Below, one piece after another: positions 23,655 through 35,693 of a stretch of 64,000 nt of DNA (its first letter is position 1; each line of letters opens with the position of its first letter). Source of the DNA: Euglena gracilis. Lineage: Eukaryota. The stretch is from positions 38,711,816 through 38,775,815 of the forward strand of contig CP154954.1 of assembly GCA_039621445.1 (NCBI GenBank). The letters run 5' to 3'. The notes under the pieces are model-generated. The model was not told where the DNA came from, did no database searches, and worked only from the letters and a program-made list of their open reading frames with translations. The translations under genes were made by a program, and so were the position numbers.

Positions 23655-26018
23655 TGCGCATGCACAGCCACCCCCCCCCACCCCCCCCACCCCCCCACCC
23701 CCACCCCCACGTGCAACGCTACCACACTGGCACTGACCAACACTTTCAATTTTCAAAAGTGAACGATCAGCCATTTTTTTTTTGAAAATCATTCTGGCCC
23801 CTTGGGGAGCCCCAGCTCAGCTGCAAGCCGGCCCAGCCTTCTCTCCTAAAATTGTCTGCCAACCAACAACAAAGACCAGCTGAAAATGGCTGCCAGCACG
23901 GATCTTTTTGTTTGGAGGCATGCCTTGTGCAAAGCCCACCCGCATGAAGACCATTTTTCGACCACAGTATCCAATACCTTCAGCACCTGAAAACAAAAAA
24001 ATGTTTCCGACAAACCCGGCACACATTTCCTCTCCTCACGTATGGTCACTTCCACTCTTCAAAAGAAACACGACATTCATCCTGCGGGGGGGGGGGGAGG
24101 GGGACTGGGCACAGGGGCTTTTTTAAGACAGGGGGTCCCCGCAACACCCCCCCACACACTTTTCCACACAGATGGCCAAAAATCACGAAAATCCTAAAAA
24201 AAAGGCTCCTTTTCAAAAATTTTCAATCGCCTTCGGAAAGTATATCCAGGAGGGAGGGGGGGGGGCAGACCCAACCACCCCCCCTACCCCCCCCATAGGG
24301 GTCCAAGACTAAAAGAACTCCTGAAAACAACAAAGAGCCACTCTGGAACTAAAACACAAGTCGAGCCTCCGCCGCAAAAAAAGTGGACCCAGGAATGGGG
24401 GCTGGCTAGCTGGGATTCCAGCCCCCCCCCCACCTGCCCTCCCAATGAAATTAGAGCCCTTGACAGCATAACAGCATTGCCACACCTTCTCGGGGAAGAA
24501 CCGTCCTTTGGATGCGGCAGGGATGTATGGGAAGCCGAGGGGGAGTCCAACCCCCCCCCCCCGCCTCCGAACGCGACAGGGGGAGGGTCGGACCCCGCCT
24601 GCGACTGCGAAACGGAAAATGCTCGGAAAACTATCCATCATATGGGCCGTCAAAGGGCCGGATGGCAAGCCAAAACTGCTCAACAACAATTTTTTGATTC
24701 TTCACCAAAATAAACACAAAAACTGCTCATTTTTAACCATTTTACACCCTGCGGATAACATCAAAGCATTGACAATGTGCAATATCCTGAAAAATGAGGG
24801 GGCAGCAAACTTTGCATTTGTCGAAATGCAGCGCTGGCAGCAAACTGTCCGATATTTTTGGAACCAGGGGGGTCTGGACCCAACCACCCTACCCCATTGG
24901 GGGGGAGGGGGTTGGGACCCCCCCCCCGCACAATCTACCCCAAACCCGAAAGGCTTCCCATACATCCCTGGGGTGCGGGTACTGCACCTCCTTGTTAGGG
25001 AACACCCAGAACATCTGGAAAATCCCAATATGGGGCTTGAAAGCCATCCTGCTGTAGCCATCCAGGTCCAGTAACTGCCTCTTGTGGGGGAACACAAATG
25101 CACATCCTGGCCCTCCTCCATCTGCCGTTTCATAACCTGAGAACGGGGAGATGAACAGTATGGGGACACCATCAAAAACACATGCGAACGCATGCACAGC
25201 CACCCCCCCCCCACCCCCCCACCCCCCCACCCCCACCCCCACGTGCAACGCTACCACACTGGCACTGACCAACACTTTCAATTTTCAAAAGTGAACGATC
25301 AGCCACTTATATTTGAAAATCATTCTGGCCCCTTGGGGAGCCCCAGCTCAGCTGCAAGCCGGCCCAGCCTTCTCTCCAAAATTGTCTGCCAACCAACAAC
25401 AAAGACCAGCTGAAAATGGCTGCCAGCACGGATCTTTTTATTTGGAGGCATGCCTTGTGCAAAGCCCACCCGCATGAAGACCATTTTTCGACCACAGTAT
25501 CCAATACCTTCCCACTCTTAAAGAAACACACTATTCATCCTGCGGGGGGGGAGGGGGACTGGGAACATGGGCTTTTTTTCAGACAGGGGTCCCGCAACAA
25601 CCCCCTTCCACACACCTATGCTCCTCTCCTCACATATGGTCACTTCCACTCTTCAAAAGAAACACGACATTCATCCTGCGGGGGGGGGAGGGGGACTGGG
25701 AACAGGGGCTTTTTTAAGACAGGGGGTCCCCGCAACACCCCCCCACACACTTTTCCACACAGATGGCCAAAAATCACGAAAATCCTAAAAAAAGGCTCCT
25801 TTTCAAAAATTTTCAAGTGCCATCGGCACCGAAAAGCACATCCAGGAGGGAGGGGGGGGGCAGACCCAACCACCCCCCCCTACCCCCCCCATAGGGGTCC
25901 AAGGCTAAAAGAACTCCTGAAAACAACAAAGAGCCACTCTGGAACTAAAACACAAGTCAAGCCTCCGCCGCAAAAAAAGTGGACCCAGCAATGGGGGCTG
26001 GCTAGCTGGGATTCCAGC
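23655..26018. repeat. Local direct duplication (about 23655-24422 and 25188-26018)
   Basis: Near-identical blocks from CGCATGCACAGCCACCCC to GCTAGCTGGGATTCCAGC. Confidence 0.85.
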
Positions 26019-26258
26019 CAGGCTTTTGCTTAAGGACCCCCCGGGGGGGGGGGTACTGGCTAGCCAATCGGCTAGACACTGGAAAAAGTGGACTAGCTAG
26101 ACCCCCCTCTCCCCCCCCCCCCGGGGGGGGGGGGGGGGGGTCCGGGGGTCCCCCGGACTGGAAAAAAAAAATTCCTCCGGCGCTGTGCGCCGGAGGAAAG
26201 ATGGGGTTATTAACAGGTTTTTGGCTGATTTTGTTCCAAAAATTCCCAAAAATGGCCA
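26019..26258. mobile_element. Family C MITE, broken by an A-rich run
   Basis: Left TIR CAGGCTTTTGCTTAAGG; collinear with 31000-31230 until it degrades into poly-A; empty site at about 24422. Confidence 0.75.
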
Positions 26259-26301
26259 AGAAAAAAAAAAAAAAAAACAAGAAAAAAACCAAATAAAAAC
26301 G

Positions 26302-26332
<31 letters not shown>

Positions 26333-26397
26333 AAAAACACAAAAAACTAGAATAAAAAAAAAGAAAAAAAAAAGAAAAAAAAAAAAAAAAAAAATTG

Positions 26398-26491
<94 letters not shown>

Positions 26492-26529
26492 AAAAAAAAC
26501 AAAAAAAAAAAAAAAGAAAAAAAAAAAAA

Positions 26530-26563
<34 letters not shown>

Positions 26564-26612
26564 AAAAAAATAAAAAAAAAAAAAATAAAAAAAAAAAATA
26601 ATTAAAAAAAAG
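26259..26612. repeat. About 350-bp near poly-A tract, possibly artefactual
   Basis: Direct reading; starts mid-MITE. Confidence 0.85.
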
Positions 26613-26759
26613 AATCCCCATCCCCACCCGCCGCTTCAATTTCAGCAAAAGCCCCGCGAGGCCCCGGGCAGCCGGCGGTGGCGCTGCTGCCGCCTGGCAT
26701 CCCCCGAGGTCTGTCTCGCAGAACACAAACCCGCACAAAAAGCACAAAAAAAAAGCGTA

Positions 26760-27165
26760 CCCCCCCCTAGTCGTATGACCGGGTTCCTGCAACCTGTGAC
26801 CGGGGGGGGGGGGTCATAACACCCCCATAACCTGCAACCTGTGACCGGGGGGTGGTCATAGATGAGGGGGCGGTCGTAGAAGTGTGTGAAAACTGTCCCA
26901 AAATGGCAGATTTACCCCCCCCCAAAATGTCCCATTTTTCAAAAATCCGGCGCTTCGCGCCGGCAGGGGGGACCTTATTTTGGGGGGGTCAATTTCATGG
27001 ATTTTTGCTCGGACCGGCCAGGGGGGGGACTTATTTTTGGGGGTTAAATTTTTCGCAACCTGCAACCTGTGACGGGGGGGTGGTCATAACACCCCCATGA
27101 CCTGCAACCTGTGACCGGGGGGTGGTCATAAATGAGGGGTGGTCGTACGACTAGGGGGGGGGGGG
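26760..27165. mobile_element. MITE with TA TSD (TIR CCCCCCCCTAGTCGTA(T/C)GACC)
   Basis: TA at 26758-26759 and 27166-27167; internal CCTGCAACCTGTGACCGGGG repeats; internally deleted copy at 32218-32348. Confidence 0.8.
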
Positions 27166-27497
27166 TAAATGCCGTCTGATAACGTTGCCGAGCCTGCAAG
27201 CGTAATTGCTCCGAAAACAACAAAAGCGAAAAATGCCAAAAACCACCACCCAACTTGTGGTGGGCCCAATATTGACCACCACCAAACATCAGCAGGGTTG
27301 TCAAGATAAGTCAGCTCCGTCGCAATGCAACTGCTGGCCAGGCACTTACAACCTGCCCCTGAATTTTTGCACCACCCGTTCAAAAATGGCCACCAAGAAA
27401 GGCATTTGCTTTGGTTATGTGGCTTGTGGCTGCGCTTTGCCCAACTGACGTCATCTCTCACCAAAAACATTCTGCCGCCTTGGACTCTCACCGCCCT

Positions 27498-30400
27498 GCT
27501 TGCTTGCTTCGGACCAACCATTTGCTTGCTTCATGCCAACCATTTGCTTCCTTCGGCCGTGCCATTTGCTTGCTTCAGCCACACTGGCAGCCATTTGCTT
27601 GCTTCGGCCACTGGCGACAATGCCATTTGCTTGTCATGGCATTTGCTTGCTTCGGCAGCGCTTGCAGCCATTTGCTTGCTTCAGACCGGCTGTTTGATTG
27701 CTTCGGCCGCGCTACCAGCCATTTGCTTGCTTCAGCCATGCCGGCAGCCATTTGCTTGCTTTGTTGCTTTGGCCGCGCTAGCAGCCATTTGCTTGCTCCG
27801 TCCACACTGGCAGCCATTCTTGCTTCGGCCGCGAGCAGCCATTTGCCAGTCTTCAAACCGGCCATTTGCTTGCTTCGGTCACGCCAACCATTTGCTTGCT
27901 TCGACCGCACCGCCAGCTATTTGCTTGCTTCGGCCACGCTAACAGCCGTTTGCTTGCTTCGGCCACGACGGCAACCAGTTGCTTGCTTCGGACCGGCCAT
28001 TTGCTTGCTTCGGCCGCGCTAGCAGCCATTTGCTTGCTTCAGACCGGCCATTTTGCTTGCTGCAGCCACAATGGCAGCTATTTGCTTGCTTTGGCCGCGC
28101 TGGCAGCCATTTGCTTGCTTCGGACCGGTGGCCGAGCCAGGAGAGGGTGGAGAGGGCTTGGAGGGCCGAGAGGACACCGCGGATATATTGCTTGCTTCGG
28201 CCATGCCGGCCATTTGCTTACTTCGGCCGCACTGGAGCCTTTAACTTGCTTCGGACCGGCCATATGCTTGCTTCGGCCACTGGCAACCTTTAACTTGCTT
28301 CCGACCGGCCTTATGCTTGCTTCGGCCGCACTGGCAGCCATTTGCTTGCTTCGGCACTGCCAGCGACCATTTGCTTGTTTCGGCCGCGCCAGCAGCCATT
28401 CGCTTGCTTCAGACCGGCTATTTGCTTGCTTCTGCTTGCTTCGGCCACGCCGGCAGCCATTTGCTTGCTTCGGCATGCTAGCAGCCATTTGCTTGCTTCG
28501 GCTGCGGGCAGCCATTTGCTTGCTTCGACCGCACTCGCAGCCCTTTGTTGGCTTCGGCCACGCGCGCCATTTGCTTGCTTCGGCCGCGCTAGCAGCCATT
28601 TGCTTGCTTCGCACCGCCATTTGCTTGCTTCGGCAGCGCTGGCAGCCATTTGCTTGCTTTGGCGCGCTTGCAGCCATTTGCTTGCTTTGGCGCGCTTGCA
28701 GCCATTTGCTTGCTTCAGACCGGCCATTTGCTTGCTTCGGCTGCACTGGCAGCCAGTTGCTTGCTTCCGTAACGTCGGCAACCACTTGCTTGCTTCGGCC
28801 ACGCGCGCCATTTGCTTGCTTCGACCGCACTAGCAGCCACTTGCTTGCTTCGGCCATGCTAGCAGCCGTTTGCTTGCTTCGGACCGGCCGTCTGCTTGCT
28901 TCGGCCACGCCGGCAGCCAGTTGCTTGCTTCGACCGCACTCGCAGCCATTTGTTTGCTTGCTTGCTTCGGCTGCACTTGCAGCCACTTGCTTGCTTGGCT
29001 GCGCTACCAGCCATTTGCCTGCTTCGGCCGCGCCGGCAGCCATTTGCTTGCTTCGACCGCACTAGCAGCCATTTGTTTGCTTTGGCCGTGCGCGCCATTT
29101 GCTTGCTTCGGCCACGATAACAGCCGTTTGCTTGCTTCGGCCACGACGGCAGCCATTTGCTTGCTTCAGACTGGCCGTCTGCTTGCTTCGGCCACGCCGG
29201 CAGCCAATTGCTTGCTTCGACCGTACTAGCAGCCATTTGCTTGCTTCGGCCGCACTTGCAGCCATTTGTTTGCTTGCTTGCTTCGGCCGCACTTGCAGCT
29301 ACTTGCTTGCTTGGCCGCGCTGCCAGCCATTTGCTTGCTTCGACCGCACTAGCAGCCATTTGTTTGCTTTTGCCACGCGCGCCATTTGATTGCTTCGGCC
29401 ACGCTAGCAGCCGTTTGCTTGCTTCGGCCACGCCTGCAGCCATTTGCTTGCTTCGGACCGGCTGTTTGATTGCTTCGGCCACGCACGCCATTTGCTTGCT
29501 TCGACCGCATTCACAACCCTTTGTTTGCTTTGGCCACGCACGCCATTTGCTTGCTTCGGACCGGCCATTTGCTTGCGTCGGCCGCACTGGCAGCCATTTG
29601 CTTGCTTTGGCGCGCTTGAAGCCATTTGCTTGTTTCAGCCGCGTGGTCCATTTGCTCACTTCGACCACGCCGGCCAGTTGCCAGCTTTGGCCGCGCCAGC
29701 AGCCATTGCTTGCTTCGGACAAGCCATTTGCTTGCTTCGGCCGCGCTAACAGCCATTTGCTTGCTTCGGCCACCCCACCAGTCATTTGCTTGCATCGGCC
29801 GCCCTAGCAGCCACTTGCTTGCTTCGGCCATGCACACCTTTTGCTTGCTTCGGCCGCCCTAGCAGCCATTTGCTTGCTTTGGCGCGCTTGCAGCCATTTG
29901 CTTTGGCGCGCTTGCAGCCATTTGCTTGCTTCAGCCGCACTTGCGGCCATTTGCTTGCTTGGCAGCGCTACCAGCCATTTGCTTGCTTCGGCCGCCCTAG
30001 CAGCCATTTAATGCTTTGGCGCGCTTGCAGCCATTTGCTTGCTTTGGCGCGCTTGCAGCCATTTGCTTGCTTTGGCGCGCTTGCAGCCATTTGCTTGCTT
30101 TGGCGCGCTTGCAGCCATTTGCCTGCTTCGGCCACGCTAGCAGCCGTTTGCTTGCTTCGGCCACGCCAGCAGCCATTTGCTTGCTTCAAACCGGCCATTT
30201 GCTTGCGTCGGCCGCACTGGCAGCCACTTGCTTGCTTAGGCGCCCTTGCAGCCATTTGCTTGCTTCGACCGCACTAGCAGCCATTTGCTTGCTTTTGCCA
30301 CGCGCGCCATTTGCTTGCTTCTGTGTGAGGAGACGCGGAGTTTGAAGCCGAGGCACTGAGGCAAGACACATGATCTAGATGGACATGATGGCTGCCGGCC

Positions 30401-30925
30401 CCACCTGCGCTAGCAGCCATTTGCTTGCTTTTGCCGCGCTAGCAGCCATTTGCTTGCTTCGGCCGCGCTAGCAGCCATTTGTTTGCTTTGGCCACGCATG
30501 CCATTTGCTTGCCCGCGCCAGCATCCATTTGCTTGCTTCGGACCGGCCATTTGCTTGCTTCGGATCGGCCAATTGCTTGCTTCGGCCGCACTGGCAGCCA
30601 TTTGCTTGCTTCAGCCACGCCAGCAGCCATTTGCTTGCTTCGGCCGCACCGGCCATTTGCTTACTTCGGGCGGGCCATTTGCTTGCTTCGGCCACGCCGT
30701 TACTAGCTTTGGCCGCGCCGGCAGCCATTTGCTTGCTTCAGCCCCTGGCGGCCATTTGCTTGCTTTGGCACGCTTGCAGCCATTTGCTTGCTTCGGCCGC
30801 ACGGGCCATTTGCTTGCTTCGGCCGCACTTGCAGCCATTTGCTTGCTTCGGCCACGCCGGCCGCCGTTTGCTTGTTCAGCCGCACTTGCAGCCATTTGCT
30901 TGCTTAGGCCACGCCGGCCGCCTTT
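27498..30925. repeat. Minisatellite: constant GCCATTTGCTTGCTT core with short variable GC-rich linkers, over 100 units
   Basis: Units of about 20-30 bp; linkers such as CGGCCGCGCTAGCA, CGGACCG, TGGCGCGCTTGCA and CGACCGCACTAGCA recur. Confidence 0.95.
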
Positions 30926-30999
30926 GCAGCTTGATGGTGTGTTTCGGTCAGCCTCAGCTTGTCTCCTGCCTTGGACCTACAACTAAGTGTTCCGGCCAC

Positions 31000-31436
31000 C
31001 AGGCTTTTGATTAAAGACCTCCGGGGCTGGGGGGGTTCTGGCGGCCAATCGGCTAGACACTGGAAAAATGGACCAGCTGGAACCCCCTCCCCCCCCCGGG
31101 GGGGGGGGGGGTCTGGGGGTCCCCCCCCACTGGAAATTTTTTTTTCTTCTGGCGCTGTTCGCCGGGGTGGAAATGAGGTTTTTAATAGGTTTTTTGGCCG
31201 ACTTTGTTCCAAAAATTCCCAAAAATGACCAAAAATGGGCATTTTTGGCCATTTTGGGGGGGGGTCCCGAAAACATTTCTGGCACTTTGCACCGGTCACT
31301 GGAAAAAAATTCCACTGGCTAGCCCTGCTAGCAGACCCCCCCCCCCGAAATCCCACTAGCCAAATTTGAACTAGCTGCAGTCCAGCCCCCCCCGGGGGGG
31401 GGGGGGGGGTGCTGCAATCCCTTAAGCAAAAGCCTG
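31000..31436. mobile_element. hAT-like MITE (family C)
   Basis: CAGGCTTTTGATTAA...CTTAAGCAAAAGCCTG; TSD CCGGCCAC/GCGGCCAC (7 of 8). Confidence 0.8.
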
Positions 31437-32217
31437 GCGGCCACCCTGGCAAATGGTTATAAATGCCTGGCCAGGACATCATATGTCTGGTGGACGGGCC
31501 CAACTGGGACCCTGGCAAAAATTGCTGGAAAAACCATCAAGCCGGACGGAAACTTCGGGAAATGCTAGAACATCAGTGCCAAACTTTGGGGAAAACAAAC
31601 AGTAACAAAACCCCCACCAAAGGGGATGCCAGGCAGACCGCTGCGGCAACGCTGGCCTCCTTCCCCGCCGCCCCACGGCACAACGGGAAGGCCCAGTGGG
31701 GGGGGGGGGGTCGACGACCCCCCACCAATTTTGGGAAAACGGGGATTTGGCCGGGGAAAATTTTTGAAATTCTTTTTGAAAAAATGCACCCAAAATACAT
31801 GCTAAACATGGTTCAGAAATTGGTATTTTTTAGAAGGGGGTTGAAAGGAACGAAACACAAAAAAAATGACCAAAATCTTGGCACAATCCAATTTTACTGA
31901 GATTTTTTCTCTTCCAGAAATTGGTGCTCCATGAAATACGGGAAGACGTGGCGGGGGGGGGATCCCCCCCACCGACCATCCTGGCTATTTGGCCGATTCC
32001 GGTTCTGCCCTACGCCGCCTTGCCGGCCCGCCGTGGCCTGCCGGCGGCGGCCGTGGGGGGGGGGGGGCGGTGTGGGCCTCCGGCGACACCGGGACGGCCT
32101 CGCCCTGCAACCCACCAAAGGGGGGGGGGGGGGAAGGGGGGGCAATGGTTCTCTAGTATGCAATAGCAAAAACGCCCTCCCACCCGCCTGGTGTGAAACG
32201 TCGAATTACTTAACATA

Positions 32218-32348
32218 CCTCCCCCAGTCGTATGACCGGGTTCCTGCAACCTGTGACCGGGGGGGTCATAACACCCCCCATAACCTGCAACCTGTGACCG
32301 GGGGGGTGGTCGTAAATGAGGGGTGGTCGTACGACTGGGGGGGGGGGG
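32218..32348. mobile_element. Internally deleted copy of the 26760-27165 MITE
   Basis: Same ends CCCCAGTCGTATGACC...GGTCGTACGACTGGGG. Confidence 0.7.
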
Positions 32349-32429
32349 CAGGTTTTTTGCCCCAGAAACAGCCTGCAAAAGGTGGGACAGCGGTTGCCCT
32401 CAATTCCAGGAACTGGGGGGGGTGCCAAA

Positions 32430-33610
32430 ATGCCATTGCCGGAACCGTTTCAACAATTGTCCCCCAATTGCAAATTGGCGGGGGGTCAATTCGGGGTTTG
32501 GTGACCTCTCATCCTGGGCAAGAGCGCACGCACCCCAGCCCCCCCCTTTGTCTCCACCCTTCAATCAAATTTCAAATACCCCACTCAAATGCTTGTGGTC
32601 AACCACACACACCTTGGCGGTGGATGGCATTCCCAATTCTCTAAAACACATCTTTCCTGTTCTTTTCCTGGAAAGCTTGCCTGAATCTCACACTTCAAAA
32701 AATGATCCAGTATTTCATCCAATCCACCGATTGCCAATTCCCTTGTTTGCATCCCACAACACAGGGCTGTCCTTTTCCAATTGTTCCCCAACGAGGGCTG
32801 CTTCAAAAGCTTTGTGTCACATTTTGGTTCCCATTGCCTGGCAAAAATAAAATGGGGGTCAAAAAATTGGTAAAACAAAATTGACTGGTTGTTTTCGATT
32901 TTCGAAAAACCTCGTGCCTTTTTTGGCTGAATCAAAAACACTCAATATTGTCACTTTTGACGTGGTGAGAGACATCACCTTCATAACAACCGTCATCCAA
33001 ATCTGCGTCATCGTCTTGCAGATATTCAATTGTTTCGAAATCAGGTTCCATTCGAAGCATGCTCAATCTCAATGAATCATCATTTCTTGCAATGGATCTG
33101 CAGAAGGTGCGGAAGCAGCGTCACATGCATAGGGGGTGGTTTGGACCAGCGGCGGAACACCACATTATCGGTTGCCAAATTGACCGAACCCAAGATATGG
33201 AAAAATTTTCCAAAAATCAGGCATACCCACTGCTGAAATTTAGTTTTCACACCAAATTGAGAACCGGCTGGGAAAAAAGACCCCCCCAGGTAACCGCTAA
33301 AGCGGGGAATGAGTGATTAACCATGGTTAACACGGTTAAAACGGACAGAGATTGGTTAACCAAACTTCTCACGCAAAACCCACATCATTTGATGAAAAGC
33401 ATTTCCTCGTTGGACAAATGTTGGGCCGAAAAAGCAAAATACTGACGGGGGTGTTTGAGAGGTGCCTGATGGGGCACAATCCGCAGGCACCAAGGCCAGC
33501 TGGGTTCCCCGCCCCCCAAAAACCGAATAATAACGAAAACCACTGCAGCTCAACACCCCCGAATGGTGAGATTTTGGCAATTTTTTCGGCATAAATCGGG
33601 GCGGGAGACA
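32430..33610 (-). pseudogene. Dispersed repeat carrying a decayed chromodomain-like and endonuclease VII-like coding remnant (copy A)
   Basis: Minus-strand fragments EYLQDDDADLDDGCYEGDVSHHVKSDNIEC, QWEPK, KEQERCVL/RELGMPSTAKVCVVDHKHLSG and GVRALL/CPG; homologous to 45930-47240 and 48800-49850. Confidence 0.4.
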
Positions 33611-33639
33611 GGGGTTATTTTCAGCGCCTGGTGGTGTTT

Positions 33640-34023
33640 TTCGACACCCCCCCAGTTCCTGGCATTGAGGCAATCTGGCCCCGAAAACCACGCCCGCCCC
33701 CCCTTCCGCCCCGATTTATACCAAAAAATTGCCAAAAATTTGCTATTGTGGGGTGCTTTCAGCAGTGGTTTCGGTTATTATGGGGTTTTTGGGGGGTGGG
33801 GAACCCAGCTGACCTGGTCCCGGGGGCTGGTCGCACGTTTTGGCACCCCCCAATTCCTGGCACTGAGGCAATCTGGTCCCGAGAACCACGCCCCCCCCCT
33901 TCCGCCCCGATTTACACCAAAAAATTGCCAAAAATTTGCAATTGTGGGGTATCTTCAGCAGTGGTTTCAGGTATTGTGGGGTTTTTGGGGGTGGGGAACC
34001 CAGCTGACCTGGTCCCGGGGGGC
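33640..34023 (+). repeat. Two monomers of the ~200-bp satellite
   Basis: Same unit as the main array; continues at 35178 after a MITE. Confidence 0.9.
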
Positions 34024-35177
34024 CAAGCACCTATGACAGATTCCAAATTTTAGCCCGCGGTCGGCTGCGGTCGGCTGCGGTCGGCTGCGGTCGGCAGCGG
34101 TCGGCAAAGTAGTTGGCTGCAGGTGGGGGGCAGGCCAACAAAAAATGAGCATATATCACAACCACACAATCCACTGTTGCCGACTTTTGGCCACTTTTCG
34201 CTGCTTTTGGCCAGTTTTTGATCTTTTTGGACTGCTTTTGGCCACTGTTGCCAACTTTTGGTCGATTTTTGCTGCCTTTGCCCATTATTTCCTGCCTCTT
34301 GCTTTCTTTTGGTCACTTCTGTTGCTTTTGCCCACTTTTTGCTGTGTTTTGGCTGCTTTTGGCCAGCTTTTTCTTTGCTTTGACCTCTTTTGACCACCTT
34401 TGGCCTCTTTAACCCACTTTTGACCACTTTTCTCTGCTTTTGGCCATTTTTACCCACTTCTGGCCACTTTCAGGCCCCTTTAAACGCCTTTTTGTGGCTT
34501 TTGATATCAAGAGCAGTCAAATGTAACCTAAAAATGGCCTAAAAGTGGCAAAAAATGGTTAAAATGGCCAAAAGTTCCAAAAGCAGGCAAAAAATAATAA
34601 TAAAAATGCCCAAAAATGGCCCCAAAATGACCCTGCTTTTGGCCAAGTTGGCCATTTTAGCAGCTTTTGTTCACTTTTGGCAACAAACTGCGCAAAATGC
34701 TCAAAATGGTCAAATTGGACCAAAAAAGAGACCAAAAAATGGGCAAAAATAACAAAAAAAAGGTCGAAAGTGGCTTAAATGGTTAAAAAATGGCCCAAAA
34801 TGGCCCAAAATGGCCCAAGAGCAGGACAAAATGGCCCAAAATTACAAGAAGTGGGCAAAAAAGTGGCCAAAAATGCTCAAAATAGGTCAAACTGGGTGAA
34901 TTATGGTGACAAATGGGCCAAAAGGGGACAAAAGCGACCAAAAATGGCCAAAAAGGGCCAAAAGTGGCCAAAAGTGACAACATGAGCCAGATGAGCCAGA
35001 AAAATCTCAACATCTGGGATAAAAATGAGCCTAATTCCTCATTCTCACTGAAAAATTGACATCAATTAGAAAAAAAGTTGCGCGGTCGGCTGCGGTCGGC
35101 TGTGGTCGGCACCCCACCTATGACAGTCCTGAAACCCGCGGTCGGCTGCGGTCGGCTGCGGTCGGCATAGGTGCCTG
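34024..35177. mobile_element. hAT-like element (family D) with 10-bp GGTCGGCTGC subterminal repeats, inserted in a satellite monomer
   Basis: TIR CAAGCACCTATG...CATAGGTGCCTG; flanks CGGGGGGC/CCGGGGGC. Confidence 0.8.
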
Positions 35178-35204
35178 CCGGGGGCTGGTCGCACGTTTTG
35201 GCAC

Positions 35205-35693
35205 CAGGGAATTTCTTAAGCCGGAGGGTACCCTACCCCCGGGGGGGGGGGGTCCAGCCAGCCAGCAGCTCAAATCCAGCCAGCAGCCCAAATTCGGGCT
35301 GGGAGCCCCCCCCCCCGGGGTCAAGTGAAATAAAATCGGGTCCAGCCCGGCAGGAGGCCGGGTCAGCCGGCCGCAGGCCGGCCCAGCCGGCCGAAGGCCG
35401 GCCGGCCAATTGTGCTACCCAGCTCACCTGTCCCTTCATTTTTTCCCCTCATCGCAGCTTCCTCCATCACGGCCCCCCAGCCTTGACCTAGCTCCACCCC
35501 TCAAAATGTCGAAAATGGCAAAAATGTGTTAGAAAATTTTGTTTTTCGTCGACCCAGCCCAGCCCGGCCCCCTCCAGCCCCGGACCCCCCCCCCCGGGGG
35601 GGGTCCAGCCAGCAGATCAAATCCAGCCAGCAGCCTTTTTGCCAGCCGGAGGCTGGACCCCCCCCCCCCGGGGGGTCCTTAAGAAATTCCCTG
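35205..35693. mobile_element. hAT-like MITE (family A) inserted in a satellite monomer
   Basis: TIR CAGGGAATTTCTTAAG...CTTAAGAAATTCCCTG; perfect TSD TTTGGCAC (35197-35204, 35694-35701). Confidence 0.9.

Noticed and set aside
26259-26612. Poly-A tail of a LINE or retrogene
   Set aside because: It starts in the middle of a TIR MITE, with no upstream retro-ORF or TSD
27498-30925. CRISPR-like array
   Set aside because: The core is only 15 bp, linkers are 5-15 bp and reused or related rather than unique, and no cas-like ORF is visible
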